The position numbers and the translations under genes are program-made. The notes beneath the pieces were generated by a model. It worked only from the letters and a program-made list of their open reading frames with translations. It did no database searches and was not told the origin of the DNA. From assembly GCA_965226205.1 (NCBI GenBank), contig CBDDCJ010000026.1, positions 131,321-195,320 on the forward strand: a DNA stretch of 64,000 nt, written 5' to 3'. The stretch comes from Opitutales bacterium. GTDB lineage: Bacteria > Verrucomicrobiota > Verrucomicrobiia > Opitutales > UBA2987. Positions within the stretch are counted from its first letter, which is position 1. Each line of letters starts with the position of its first letter. Of this stretch, positions 51,440-61,114 are shown one piece after another.

Positions 51440-51987
51440 ACTTCCTTTGCCCAGGTTTGGGTAATATCGACCCGGCAAAAGGCGCGTGAACTCCTGGACG
51501 GCCTTTTGATTGATCAAATATTATCCTTATCTTCCAAGAATGAAACGCTTCTTGATCTCAAATTTATCCCACGTCAAGGGGTCTGGAGAAAAATAGGGGT
51601 TATTTATACTTTCAATCACATTGCCGTTTTCATCGACAAAGTCGTATATATTTTCGGGAAGGATGTAGAAACTATAGTTAAAGCGTCGATATAACTTTTT
51701 AGGAGAATTATCTTTGATGCCGAAGCGTTTGTAGTATTTTTTATCGACGAAAAATAAATTGATACCGCGTTTTTCAACATATATGAGTTCGTATCCTTTT
51801 TCTTTGGCAAGGTCGTAGAAGGACTGAATACTAGCACCCCAGTAGTAAGAACCATCCCAATAATTCATAGGATGGAAATTGGCAACGATTTTTAGAGGAG
51901 GGGCGAATAGGCCGTTATGCTCAATCATGATGACTTTGGGCCGGTATTTGTGCATCACTTTCCAGATATAATAATCATTACTATCTA

Positions 51988-52285
51988 GAGGCTGTCCCAA
52001 AGTTATAACCATTTGTTTTACAGTGAGTTAACTTGTTTATAAAGCTGTTATAAAGACCGTTTTTAGAGGATTTTGGGCAATTTCGATGTCTATAACACCG
52101 TCAGCCTTTCTCTTGTTTTGCATATTCAAATACAATTCTACCATAGACCTCTGTCTGACGCGATTATATTTATAACGAAAAGAGGCCTTATACAGCGTTT
52201 TTGACGGAATTGAATGACTTACGTTCCCATACAGTTCGGAGTCGAATATTTCAATTCGCAAAATTCGGGTTTTTGGGACAGCCTC
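51988..52285. mobile_element. 298-bp MITE with the same ends as the IS at 27609
   Basis: GAGGCTGTCCCAAA ... TTTGGGACAGCCTC; perfect 6-bp duplication TATCTA (51982-51987, 52286-52291). Confidence 0.9.
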
Positions 52286-52615
52286 TATCTATGTCGACAA
52301 CAAGAAAGTCCAGGTCCAGTGGAACCCCATTTTCTTCAAAGAGGATTTCAACATTCCCCGGATAAACCCAGGCCTGAAGACCCTTTGCGTTAGGTGAATC
52401 CTTATAATGGCTCTCCATTACAGAGACCTTATCTTCGTCACCCTCAATCATGAGCGAACTCCAGTCATGATTTATTATTAAATTTTTAACATTACTCATG
52501 GTGAAACCGTCTCCAGCTCCAATTTCAACACAGAATTTACTCGTAGGTGATGAAATGGACGGGTAAAACTGGACAGTGGAATAAGGTGGTCTTGAACCAC
52601 TAAATCCGCTAACCT

Positions 52616-52921
52616 ATGAATGTTATTAAATCACGAAAGAGAAGACAATACGGTGCTGAGTTTAAAGCCCGGGTGGCCCTGGAAGCCATCAGGGGCGCTC
52701 ATACCATCAACGAGATCGCCGGTCGTTTTGAGGTGCATCCCAACCAGGTGACCCAATGGAAGAAGCAGCTTTTGCAGGGAGCAACGGAGCTGTTTTCGCG
52801 CCAGCGGCAGACTCTCAGCAAGGACAACGAGACGGAAAAAGATCACCTTTACCAGGAGATTGGAAAGCTGAAAGTAGAATGCGATTGGCTAAAAAAAAAG
52901 TCTGAACAACTCGGTTGGTGA
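52616..52921 (+). CDS. IS3 OrfA (HTH)
   Basis: RRQYGAEFKARVALEA...EVHPNQVTQWKK. Confidence 0.9.
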   Translation: MNVIKSRKRRQYGAEFKARVALEAIRGAHTINEIAGRFEVHPNQVTQWKKQLLQGATELFSRQRQTLSKDNETEKDHLYQEIGKLKVECDWLKKKSEQLGW

Positions 52922-52931
52922 GAGGCGCAAG

Positions 52932-53795
52932 ATGGTGCAACCACTTCAAGGAAAAATCAGTATCGGCAGGCAATGTCAGTTGCTGGGGCTGGCCCGCGGC
53001 AGCTATTACTATCGGGCCCGTGCCCAGTGCGAGCAGAACGTTCTCTACATGCATCGCATGGATGAGCTCTACACCCAATATCCGTTTTTTGGTTCTCGCC
53101 GGATGACCCAGTGGCTGCGTCGAGAGGGCCATGCAGTGGGACGAGGCCGCATCCAGCGGCTCATGCGCCAAATGGGCCTGGAGGCTATTTATCCGCGTCG
53201 AAACTTGAGCCAGGGGCACCGGCAGCACCGCATTTTCCCTTATCTGCTGCGGGGTTTGGCGGTCGAGCGGCCCGACCAGGTATGGTGCAGCGACATCACT
53301 TACCTGCGGCTGAGCCGAGGATTCCTTTTCTTGACCGTGGTGTTGGACTGGTTCAGCCGCTACGTGTTGAGCTGGCAGCTTTCCAACACCCTGGAGAGCC
53401 GCTTCTGTGTGCTCGCCCTGGAGGAAGCTCTGAGGCGGGCCCAACCTCAAATCTTCAACACCGATCAAGGCAGCCAGTTTACCGGCAGCGAGTTCACCTC
53501 GGTGCTGGGGCAAGCCGGGGTGCGCATCAGCATGGACGGGCGTGGCCGCTACCTGGACAACATATTTGTTGAACGCTTTTGGAGAACCCTCAAGTATGAA
53601 GACATTTACCTGCGCGAATACGCCACGGCAAAGGAAGCCAGCGAAGGGATAGCCCGCTACCTGGACTTCTACAACCACCTGCGCCCCCACCAAGCCCTGG
53701 GCTACCGGACCCCGGCCGAAGTCCATGCAATCGGAGCAAAACCAACCTCCCCGCCAATACAGCTTGCGGGCACCTGCGTGCCCGTCTTTGCCTAA
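52932..53795 (+). CDS. IS3 OrfB (rve integrase/DDE domain)
   Basis: WCSDITY, FNTDQGSQF, DNIFVERFWRTLKYE, YNHLRPHQAL. Confidence 0.93.
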   Translation: MVQPLQGKISIGRQCQLLGLARGSYYYRARAQCEQNVLYMHRMDELYTQYPFFGSRRMTQWLRREGHAVGRGRIQRLMRQMGLEAIYPRRNLSQGHRQHRIFPYLLRGLAVERPDQVWCSDITYLRLSRGFLFLTVVLDWFSRYVLSWQLSNTLESRFCVLALEEALRRAQPQIFNTDQGSQFTGSEFTSVLGQAGVRISMDGRGRYLDNIFVERFWRTLKYEDIYLREYATAKEASEGIARYLDFYNHLRPHQALGYRTPAEVHAIGAKPTSPPIQLAGTCVPVFA

Positions 53796-54132
53796 GGACA
53801 AAATATATTTTTAAAAAATAATATGAACACGATTTCCACCTTAATCCCACGTCAAAATTGTCCAAACAACCCCGTCCACTTCAAGGCTCAATGATCGTAA
53901 AAATTTTATTGATTACACCATCTTCTCCGTTTTGGGAAAAAATCCTTTTTTCATAGACTTCTAGGTCTATGTAATGGTACGGATCGAAAGTCTTTAGGAA
54001 AAACAAATAGCCGACGATCACAATGGAAGAAACAATAGCTAAAATGGCTAATCGTTTTTTCTTATCGCTAGTTTCAGCAGCGGAACCAGCGGTTTTGGTG
54101 TCGTTTTCTCTCATTGTAATGTCGTTGTAGAG

Positions 54133-54203
54133 GAATTATTATCAAAAATATAGCGATAATTACAAGCCAAAGTTCCAATGATAAAATAGCAAATATGGGT
54201 TAA
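54133..54203. repeat. Copy B of the 72-bp direct repeat, just upstream of the methyltransferase start
   Basis: See copy A; AT-rich and promoter-like on the minus strand. Confidence 0.85.
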
Positions 54204-54922
54204 TTAAATGGTTTCAGTGTTGGGGCTTGGGGAGAAGTTTTCCAACTGCCCTTGCGGATCGGGTATTTAAGTCCGGTTTCGAGGGCATGGAGGAATTTTT
54301 CCCTGGGCCACGGACAGGCCCCGAAAGTTGCCAGGTGAGAGGTTGGCAATTGGCAATCGATGAAGGAAAAATTCCAATCTTTCAATCGCCCCGCCAAAGA
54401 ATGCAAGGCCACCTTGGAGGCATTGGAAACATGCTGAAACATCGACTCCCCGAAAAATATGTTGCCCAGGGAAATTCCATAAAGTCCGCCTGCCAGGCGG
54501 CCTTGTTGCCAGCATTCCACGCTATGGGCGAATCCTTTGCGGTGCAGTTCTCCATAAGCTCTTATCATTTCGGAGGTAATCCAGGTGCCCTTTTGTCCAC
54601 GCCTCTTAACCGTTGCGCAACATTTTGCCACTTCCATAAAATCGGTGTCAAAAGTGATTTCCCATTCTCCTTTTTTAAGGACCCGTTTGAGCCCGTGGGG
54701 GCAGTGGTAATCCGCCAGGGGCAGAATCATGCGGGGATCGGGGCTCCACCAATAAACGGGCTCACCCTCGCTATACCAGGGGAAAATGCCCTGGGCATAA
54801 GCCGAAAGCAACATTTCGACGGAAAGAGGACCGCCCACAGCCAAAGGAGCATCGGCCGGGGCCTTTTTCGGATCGGGAAAAATTCTCGGCCATTGTGAGC
54901 CCATAACCATGCCCCGGCTCAA
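54200..54922 (-). CDS. aat: Leucyl/phenylalanyl-tRNA--protein transferase
   Basis: AYAQGIFPW, WWSPDPR, HSVECW, FFGESMF, NASKVAL. Confidence 0.95.
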   Translation of the reverse strand: MSRGMVMGSQWPRIFPDPKKAPADAPLAVGGPLSVEMLLSAYAQGIFPWYSEGEPVYWWSPDPRMILPLADYHCPHGLKRVLKKGEWEITFDTDFMEVAKCCATVKRRGQKGTWITSEMIRAYGELHRKGFAHSVECWQQGRLAGGLYGISLGNIFFGESMFQHVSNASKVALHSLAGRLKDWNFSFIDCQLPTSHLATFGACPWPREKFLHALETGLKYPIRKGSWKTSPQAPTLKPFN

Positions 54923-56793
54923 CTCTCGGAGCTATCGTCTTCTTTTGATTTTTTCCCGCTCCCCACATAAATGCTGACCTCGGCCTCTTTCCCTCCGAGA
55001 ATATCCTTTGCCCGCCGCAGCGCCTTGGCCGTGGAAAGGGTCGGGTTCTGGGCCGCGTCGGCAAAAATATTCTCCCTCCCGATAACCTCGATGAGGCCCG
55101 AATTTTTAAAAACCCGAATCACCGGTTTGCGCGCCTCGCTGACCAGTAAATGACGGTCATGCCGCCGCATGGATTCGATCAGTTCCATCAGGGCAAGGAC
55201 GCTGGTGGCGTCCAGGTGGTGGGCGTTTCTCATTTTCAAAATCACAATTTTCAGGTTGGGGTCTTCCACTACCCGTCGCATCTGGTCTCGAAACAGCTCA
55301 GCCGCCCCAAAAAACAGTGCGCCCTCGACATGGACGATGGAAACTTTCGGGTCTGGTCGTTTGCATTCTTCGCCCAGGGGGGTCAATTGACCGCTCTCAC
55401 TGGCTGCGTATTCGACCAATTCGGGCACCGCGGCCTTGTTCAGAAAAAGAATAATCGAGGTAACGACTCCCAAAATGATGCCGAACTCCAGCTTGATGAA
55501 GAGTGCGGCCAAAAAAGTGGTGGCGAAGACGATGGCGTCCGACCGGGTGGTTTTAATGGCGATGCGGATATTGAAGCGGCTGAGAAGGGAAAGCCCGATG
55601 GCGATTACCAGCACTCCCAGCACTGGTTGTGGAATAAATCGGGTGAAGGACCCCAGGGCCAGGGCCAGGGAGGCGCAAACCGCTCCGCACAGCAGGCTGG
55701 CCAGACCCGTGGCGGCCCCGCTGGCGGCGTTCAGTTTGGACCGGCTGAGCGAGCCCGAGGCGGGCATCCCGGAGAAAAAAGCGCAGGCTATGTTGGCCAT
55801 GCCCATGCCGAACATTTCCTGGTTGGCGTCCAGACGCTGGCCGGACTGGGCGGCCAGCAATTTTCCGATGGAAGTTCCCTCCAGGATGCAGAGGAAGGCG
55901 ATGATGAGGGCCGTTCCGGCCAATTGGCTGATCCAGGCCGGGTCCAGGGGGGGGAGGGTCAGCGACCAGGTTGTGACGTCGATGGCGGTAAGCATTTGCA
56001 CTTCGCCGATCCGCCAGTTGGAGAGGGTGTCGGATTGGCGGGCGGCCATATCCAGCCCGAAAGCCAGCAAAGAGCCCAACATCATGCAGATGGCCACATT
56101 AGGGAGGGCGCGGAATTTTTTCTGCAAAAAGACGAAAGCGCCCGCAGTGGCCAGAGCAAGGACGACCGAGGGAACATGAGAACCCGGCACGGACTCGAAA
56201 GTCAGCCCCAACAATCCGAAAAAAGTGGTTCCCTCGGGGATTACAAAATCAACCCCCAGGACCTTTCGAATTTGGTTGATCACAATAAAAAGGGCGGCCG
56301 CCGTAATGTAGCCCGTGACGACGGTCCGGGAGACATACTGGATGAAATTGGCGACACGAAAAAAAGCGCCCACGACCAGGAATAGGCCAATCATCAAAAC
56401 CAGAAGAGGCATCAAAGCCAGTTTTTCCGCCTGGGTGACATTGAAAGCCATAAAAGAGGTGAAAAGCAGAATGGCCGTCGCATTGGTTGGCCCAAGCATG
56501 ATGAAGCGGGTACCGGAAAAGAGCGGCCCCACCAAGGTGGCCAGAGCGGAGCCGTATATGCCGTAATGAATCGGCAGCCCCGCGATGTAGGCATAGGCCA
56601 TTCCCTGGGGCAGGGCGAGCAGGGCCACATTGATGCCGGCCTTAATATCCCGCTTGGCTTCAGCGCTCCCATAACCGCGCAATGCCTTTGCCAAGGGAAT
56701 GAATTCGAGGCGGTTATATTGCGCTAAATAAACAATGCCGCGACGGATATTGACTGAAAGTTTACGCAACCCATTCACCAGGCCGGAAAACAT
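54919..56793 (-). CDS. SulP family anion transporter with STAS domain
   Basis: LPQGMAYA, GPTNAT, NQEMFGMG, GSLSRS, LFFGAA, LDAT. Confidence 0.93.
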   Translation of the reverse strand: MFSGLVNGLRKLSVNIRRGIVYLAQYNRLEFIPLAKALRGYGSAEAKRDIKAGINVALLALPQGMAYAYIAGLPIHYGIYGSALATLVGPLFSGTRFIMLGPTNATAILLFTSFMAFNVTQAEKLALMPLLVLMIGLFLVVGAFFRVANFIQYVSRTVVTGYITAAALFIVINQIRKVLGVDFVIPEGTTFFGLLGLTFESVPGSHVPSVVLALATAGAFVFLQKKFRALPNVAICMMLGSLLAFGLDMAARQSDTLSNWRIGEVQMLTAIDVTTWSLTLPPLDPAWISQLAGTALIIAFLCILEGTSIGKLLAAQSGQRLDANQEMFGMGMANIACAFFSGMPASGSLSRSKLNAASGAATGLASLLCGAVCASLALALGSFTRFIPQPVLGVLVIAIGLSLLSRFNIRIAIKTTRSDAIVFATTFLAALFIKLEFGIILGVVTSIILFLNKAAVPELVEYAASESGQLTPLGEECKRPDPKVSIVHVEGALFFGAAELFRDQMRRVVEDPNLKIVILKMRNAHHLDATSVLALMELIESMRRHDRHLLVSEARKPVIRVFKNSGLIEVIGRENIFADAAQNPTLSTAKALRRAKDILGGKEAEVSIYVGSGKKSKEDDSSES

Positions 56794-56842
56794 ACAACCG
56801 TTCTCCGGCGCTCGTCCAGCACTAGTCCTAAAATAAGCGAGA

Positions 56843-59074
56843 TTGCTTTTTTTTAACTGGCGCTTCTTCTCAATAATTGGAAATTTAAAAAAAATGGACG
56901 CCCCGATTCCGACACCCTCTGGGATGAAACCCGAGCAAGCCCTTCATAAATTCTTTGGATTTGATGCTTTTCGCCTCGGCCAGGACCGCGTCGTCACGGC
57001 CATTCTGGAGAAACGCGACGCCCTCGTCGTGATGCCCACCGGGGCTGGCAAATCGCTTTGTTTTCAGTTGCCGGCCCTGCTCATGGAAGGGGTCACCGTG
57101 GTGGTGTCCCCGTTGATCGCCCTAATGAAGGATCAGGTGGATGCCTTGCGGGGGAAAAAAATCGCAGCCACCTTTATCAACAGCAGCCTTTCCCTACAGG
57201 AACAAAGCGAGCGGTTGCAAAAACTGGCTGAGGGCGTTTATAAACTGGTTTACGTGGCCCCGGAGCGTTTCCGCAACCATCGGTTTGTGGAGACGATGGG
57301 AAAAATCCGCATTGCCTTCATGGCCATTGACGAGGCCCACTGCGTGAGCATGTGGGGGCATGATTTCCGGCCAGACTATCTGCGTATCGGGGAGGCCCTC
57401 GACCGGCTGGGCAATCCGCCCGTGTCGGCGTTCACCGCCACCGCCACGCCGGAAGTGCGTGCAGATATCGATCAATTTCTGCGCCTTCGCCAGCCCTTGC
57501 GTTTTGTGTCCGGATTCGAACGCCCCAACCTGGAATTGCGCGTTTCCATCCTCAACAAAGAGAAGGAGAAGCTGGCCCGGCTGTCGGACCTCATCGAGAG
57601 GCATAAAAAGGGCATCATTTATTGCGCAACCCGTAAAAAAGTGGTGGCGGTGGCCGAATACCTGGCCGAATGGGATATTTCCCACATCGCCTACCACGGT
57701 GGCATGGAGGACGAGGCGCGGGTCTCGGCTCAGGAACAATTCATGCAATCGCGCTGCGACGTTGCCGTGGCCACCAACGCTTTCGGCATGGGCATCGACC
57801 GGGCCGATATCCGTTTCGTCATTCACTTTCAGATGCCAGGTAGCGTGGAGGCCTATTACCAAGAGGCGGGCCGGGCCGGGCGGGACGGTTTTCCGGCCAT
57901 CTGCGAAATGTTTTTCGGCTACCGCGACCGGGGAATCCAGGAGTTTTTCATTGAGGGAAGCAACCCGGGCCGGGAGTTGATGACAAATGTTTATAATTTA
58001 CTCCGGGACCGTGCGGATAAGAATCATACCGCTCGCATCTCCATTCAGGACTTGACGGAAGAACTGGGAGCCCGGACCAACGGCATGGCGGTCAGCTCGG
58101 CCATTTCCCATCTCAATCGCATCCACGTTATTGAACGCTTCGACATTCCCGGCGCCCGCATCCGCGGCACCCGCCTTTTAAACCCAAAGCTGGCCGCGCA
58201 CGATCTTCCCATCGACGATGAAGTCCTCGCGGAGAAGAAAAACCGCGATGACAATAAGCTCCAGGCAGTGGTCGATTACGGCTATGCCTCCGGCTGCCGC
58301 CAAGCGTGGATTCTTCGTTATTTCGGGGAGACGGAAGTAGCCACCTGCCGCTGCTGCGACAACTGCCAAAGCCAATCGCCGGAAAATATGCGCGCCCCGG
58401 CAGAAGAACGCGCCCCGGCAGAAGAAGAACGAATCATCCTGCAAAAAGCCCTCAGCGGCGTGGCGCGCATGTCTTGGCGGGGCGAAGGGGAGGGCTGGCG
58501 GCCCCGGTTTGGCAAAAACCGCATCATGGAAATGCTCCTGGGCAGCAAACGGGCGGAAATTGTGGACAATGGCCTGGACCGGCTGACCACCTATGGTCTT
58601 CTCAAGGACGAAGGTTCTACCTATCTTAAAAATCTCTTTTTGGAAATGGAGCGCACCGGGGTAGTGATTAGAACCGGGGGCGAGTATCCCTTGCTTACCC
58701 TGACGGCATTTGGCGAGTCTGTTATGAAAGGCCAAAGCGAAATCCAGATGGCCTGGCCGGCAAAGCAAAAAACCACCACAGCCGAAATAAAAAACCCCCG
58801 ATCCAAAAAAGTGCAGCCATTGGCAGGCGATGAAGATAGCGACCCTGAACTGTTTCAAATCCTGAAAGAAAAACGTTTCGCCCTGGCCAAAAAACATAAC
58901 CTGCGCGCCTATCGTATTTTTTCCAATCAGGTTTTGGAACACCTGGCCGCTGCCCAGCCCTTGACCAAAGAGGAAGCCATCGCCATCCCCGGCATCGGCC
59001 CGCAAAACTCCCGTAAATGGCTCTCCCACTTCCTGCCTTTGATTGCCGCACACAAAATTGGAAAATCCACTTGA
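56843..59074 (+). CDS. recQ: RecQ-family DNA helicase
   Basis: MPTGAGKS, IDEAHC, WGHDFRP, QEAGRAGRDG, CRCCDNC zinc site, HRDC-like tail. Confidence 0.93.
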   Translation: MLFFNWRFFSIIGNLKKMDAPIPTPSGMKPEQALHKFFGFDAFRLGQDRVVTAILEKRDALVVMPTGAGKSLCFQLPALLMEGVTVVVSPLIALMKDQVDALRGKKIAATFINSSLSLQEQSERLQKLAEGVYKLVYVAPERFRNHRFVETMGKIRIAFMAIDEAHCVSMWGHDFRPDYLRIGEALDRLGNPPVSAFTATATPEVRADIDQFLRLRQPLRFVSGFERPNLELRVSILNKEKEKLARLSDLIERHKKGIIYCATRKKVVAVAEYLAEWDISHIAYHGGMEDEARVSAQEQFMQSRCDVAVATNAFGMGIDRADIRFVIHFQMPGSVEAYYQEAGRAGRDGFPAICEMFFGYRDRGIQEFFIEGSNPGRELMTNVYNLLRDRADKNHTARISIQDLTEELGARTNGMAVSSAISHLNRIHVIERFDIPGARIRGTRLLNPKLAAHDLPIDDEVLAEKKNRDDNKLQAVVDYGYASGCRQAWILRYFGETEVATCRCCDNCQSQSPENMRAPAEERAPAEEERIILQKALSGVARMSWRGEGEGWRPRFGKNRIMEMLLGSKRAEIVDNGLDRLTTYGLLKDEGSTYLKNLFLEMERTGVVIRTGGEYPLLTLTAFGESVMKGQSEIQMAWPAKQKTTTAEIKNPRSKKVQPLAGDEDSDPELFQILKEKRFALAKKHNLRAYRIFSNQVLEHLAAAQPLTKEEAIAIPGIGPQNSRKWLSHFLPLIAAHKIGKST

Positions 59075-59138
59075 TCAGTTTTTTTTGTAAGGATCGTTTA
59101 CTATTGGAGACTAAACATAAAATCATAAAATAAGCATC

Positions 59139-60308
59139 ATGATCCTGGACCCTTCCGAAAGAAATTTTCCCTCGTTCAGCCTGACGCGGCTGATGCGCAC
59201 CTGTTTTGGCCAAGGCCGGGGCGAGCGCCTTTGCATACTAATCGATCTGCCAGATCCGGCTCAGGTTAAGGATTTTGCCTTTTTAAAAGATGAGGCCAGA
59301 ACCATCCAGAAATACGGCTACGAGGTGTTTTACAAGGGTTTCCACGAGGGGGCGATGGAGGATTTAAACTTTACAAGCTGCGATTTTTTTGCCTACCGGG
59401 AAACCGGCGGCAGCAACCTCGATATGGATGACGATATCTACAATCCCCAAGGCAATAAACTGAGCCTGGACAAGGATATTTACCCGCATTACGGGATCAT
59501 CCTCACGGTTTCGAACTTTTCCGCTACGGCGCCTTTGACGGCCAAAGCCAAAGAGTTCGGTTTTCGGGGGGCCACCTTGCACGGGCTCAACCAAGTGATC
59601 CTCAACACCGGGTTGGCGGTCGATTATAATGAAGTGAGCGATGACACCGAAACCCTCCGGCTCGGTCTGACACGGGCCAATTATTTCGAGATCGATTTCG
59701 AGGTCGGCGAGGAAAAATCGACCCTCCGGATCATTTGCAATGAGCAGGAAGCTCAAAAAAGCCACGGCCTATGCCCGCCTGGCAAACCCGATGTGGCCAA
59801 TCTGCCGGCCGGAGAGGTTTATTATGTCCCCGAGGGGGCCGAGGGCAGCTTCCCTTTCAAATACAGCGACGGCACCATCAGCATATTGCGGGTAGCCGGA
59901 GGGTTCATTAAAGAAGCCCGGCTGATCAGCGGAGATTCCGCCCAGGTCGAAGCCCATAATAAAAAACTGCTCTCCGATCCCATGACCGGGGCCATTGGCG
60001 AACTCGGCCTGGGTACCCAGGTCCTTCCCTTTTCCGGTCGCGACATACAGGATGAGAAAATTCTTGGCACAGTCCATGTGGCCACCGGACGCAGTGACCA
60101 CCTGGGCGGCCACCTGACCCCGGATTTGTTTAAGGAAAAAGCCAATGCCTCCCACGACGATATACTCTACGCGCCCCATAAAACCCCCGAATTCAAATTG
60201 CCCGAGGTGCGCATGGTGCGCGGCGGTCAAACCGAGGTGATTATTCGCCATTATCGGCCGACCGCCTATATAATTGGACTGCTGGAAAGAAAAACCACAG
60301 CCGCATGA
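59139..60308 (+). CDS. M29/aminopeptidase-T-like metallopeptidase homologue
   Basis: NLPAGEV, IGELGLG, QDEKILGTVHVATG. Confidence 0.65.
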   Translation: MILDPSERNFPSFSLTRLMRTCFGQGRGERLCILIDLPDPAQVKDFAFLKDEARTIQKYGYEVFYKGFHEGAMEDLNFTSCDFFAYRETGGSNLDMDDDIYNPQGNKLSLDKDIYPHYGIILTVSNFSATAPLTAKAKEFGFRGATLHGLNQVILNTGLAVDYNEVSDDTETLRLGLTRANYFEIDFEVGEEKSTLRIICNEQEAQKSHGLCPPGKPDVANLPAGEVYYVPEGAEGSFPFKYSDGTISILRVAGGFIKEARLISGDSAQVEAHNKKLLSDPMTGAIGELGLGTQVLPFSGRDIQDEKILGTVHVATGRSDHLGGHLTPDLFKEKANASHDDILYAPHKTPEFKLPEVRMVRGGQTEVIIRHYRPTAYIIGLLERKTTAA

Positions 60309-61114
60309 CGGCAAGCGCGACCGGCTACGAGAGCAAAAGCATCCTTCACCAATACCTGCTCTTTCATTATGGCCGGGCGGAGGAAATCCTTCCCTACGAA
60401 TTCGGCCCGCGAGAGGGTCTCGGTTTTCCCCGACGCACGGTGAGCGAATGTCTACGCCCCGATGGACTGCCCGCCGAATCTCGCGCTCTTGACCTTGGCT
60501 GCGCCGTGGGCCGTTCCAGTTTCGAGCTGGCCCGGTACTGTTCCGAGGTTCAGGCCATCGATTATTCGGAAGCCTTTATCCTGGCGGCCCAGACTCTACA
60601 ACAAAGCGGGTTCCTCGATTATAAAATCAAGCAAATGGCTAACCTGGAAGTTTCTGCGGTGGCCGTCTTGCCCACTGACATCGATCCTCAAAGGGTGCAT
60701 TTTTCGGTCGGGGACGCCCACTGCGACCCACAACGGTTCGAGCCTTTCGATGTGGTTCACGCCGCCAACCTGCTCTGCCGGATGTCGAATCCAGGGCATT
60801 TGATCAAACGGCTGCCTGATCTCGTTAAACCGGGCGGCCAGCTTATTTTGGCCACGCCCCACACTTGGTTGGAGGAATTTACGCCACCCGCCAACTGGCC
60901 CGGCGCTTCCCACGGCCAGGAAGATCCCTCCAGGGCGCTACAGGGTGAACTCTCTCGGAATTTTGAGCTTCTGGACGAAAAAGACATGCCGTTTCTAATC
61001 CGCGAACACGCCCGCAAATTCCAATGGAGCGTTTCACAGGTCACAATTTGGCAGCGTCAAAGTATTTCGTCACTATTTGATAAAAAAATTCATAATCCGG
61101 AAAATTTTAATTGA
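60305..61114 (+). CDS. SAM methyltransferase resembling the OvoA C-terminal (4-mercaptohistidine N1-methyltransferase) domain
   Basis: YESKSILHQYLLFHYG, RALDLGCAVGRSSFELAR, AANLLCR, PHTWLEEFTP. Confidence 0.75.
   Translation: MTASATGYESKSILHQYLLFHYGRAEEILPYEFGPREGLGFPRRTVSECLRPDGLPAESRALDLGCAVGRSSFELARYCSEVQAIDYSEAFILAAQTLQQSGFLDYKIKQMANLEVSAVAVLPTDIDPQRVHFSVGDAHCDPQRFEPFDVVHAANLLCRMSNPGHLIKRLPDLVKPGGQLILATPHTWLEEFTPPANWPGASHGQEDPSRALQGELSRNFELLDEKDMPFLIREHARKFQWSVSQVTIWQRQSISSLFDKKIHNPENFN

Larger units (their letters stand above)
52548..53883 (+). mobile_element. IS3-family element
   Basis: 25-bp imperfect IR TGAAATGGACGGG...TGGACA / TGAAGTGGACGGG...TGGACA; AGG duplication (52545-52547, 53884-53886) with an extra TGA at the left end. 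Confidence 0.92.
51527..54114 (-). pseudogene. FkbM-like methyltransferase, interrupted by IS3 and a MITE
   Basis: The three fragments rejoin in frame: ...FSQNGEDGVINKIFTIIEP|TSKFCVEIGAGDG...LDFLVVDID|SNDYYIWK... Confidence 0.88.

Noticed and set aside
52037-52261. 74-aa ORF inside the MITE
   Set aside because: Short and AT-rich with no transposase motifs; likely chance
51368-54203. Integron cassette with attC sites
   Set aside because: The repeats lack the RYYYAAC...GTTRRRY palindromic core and no integrase is present
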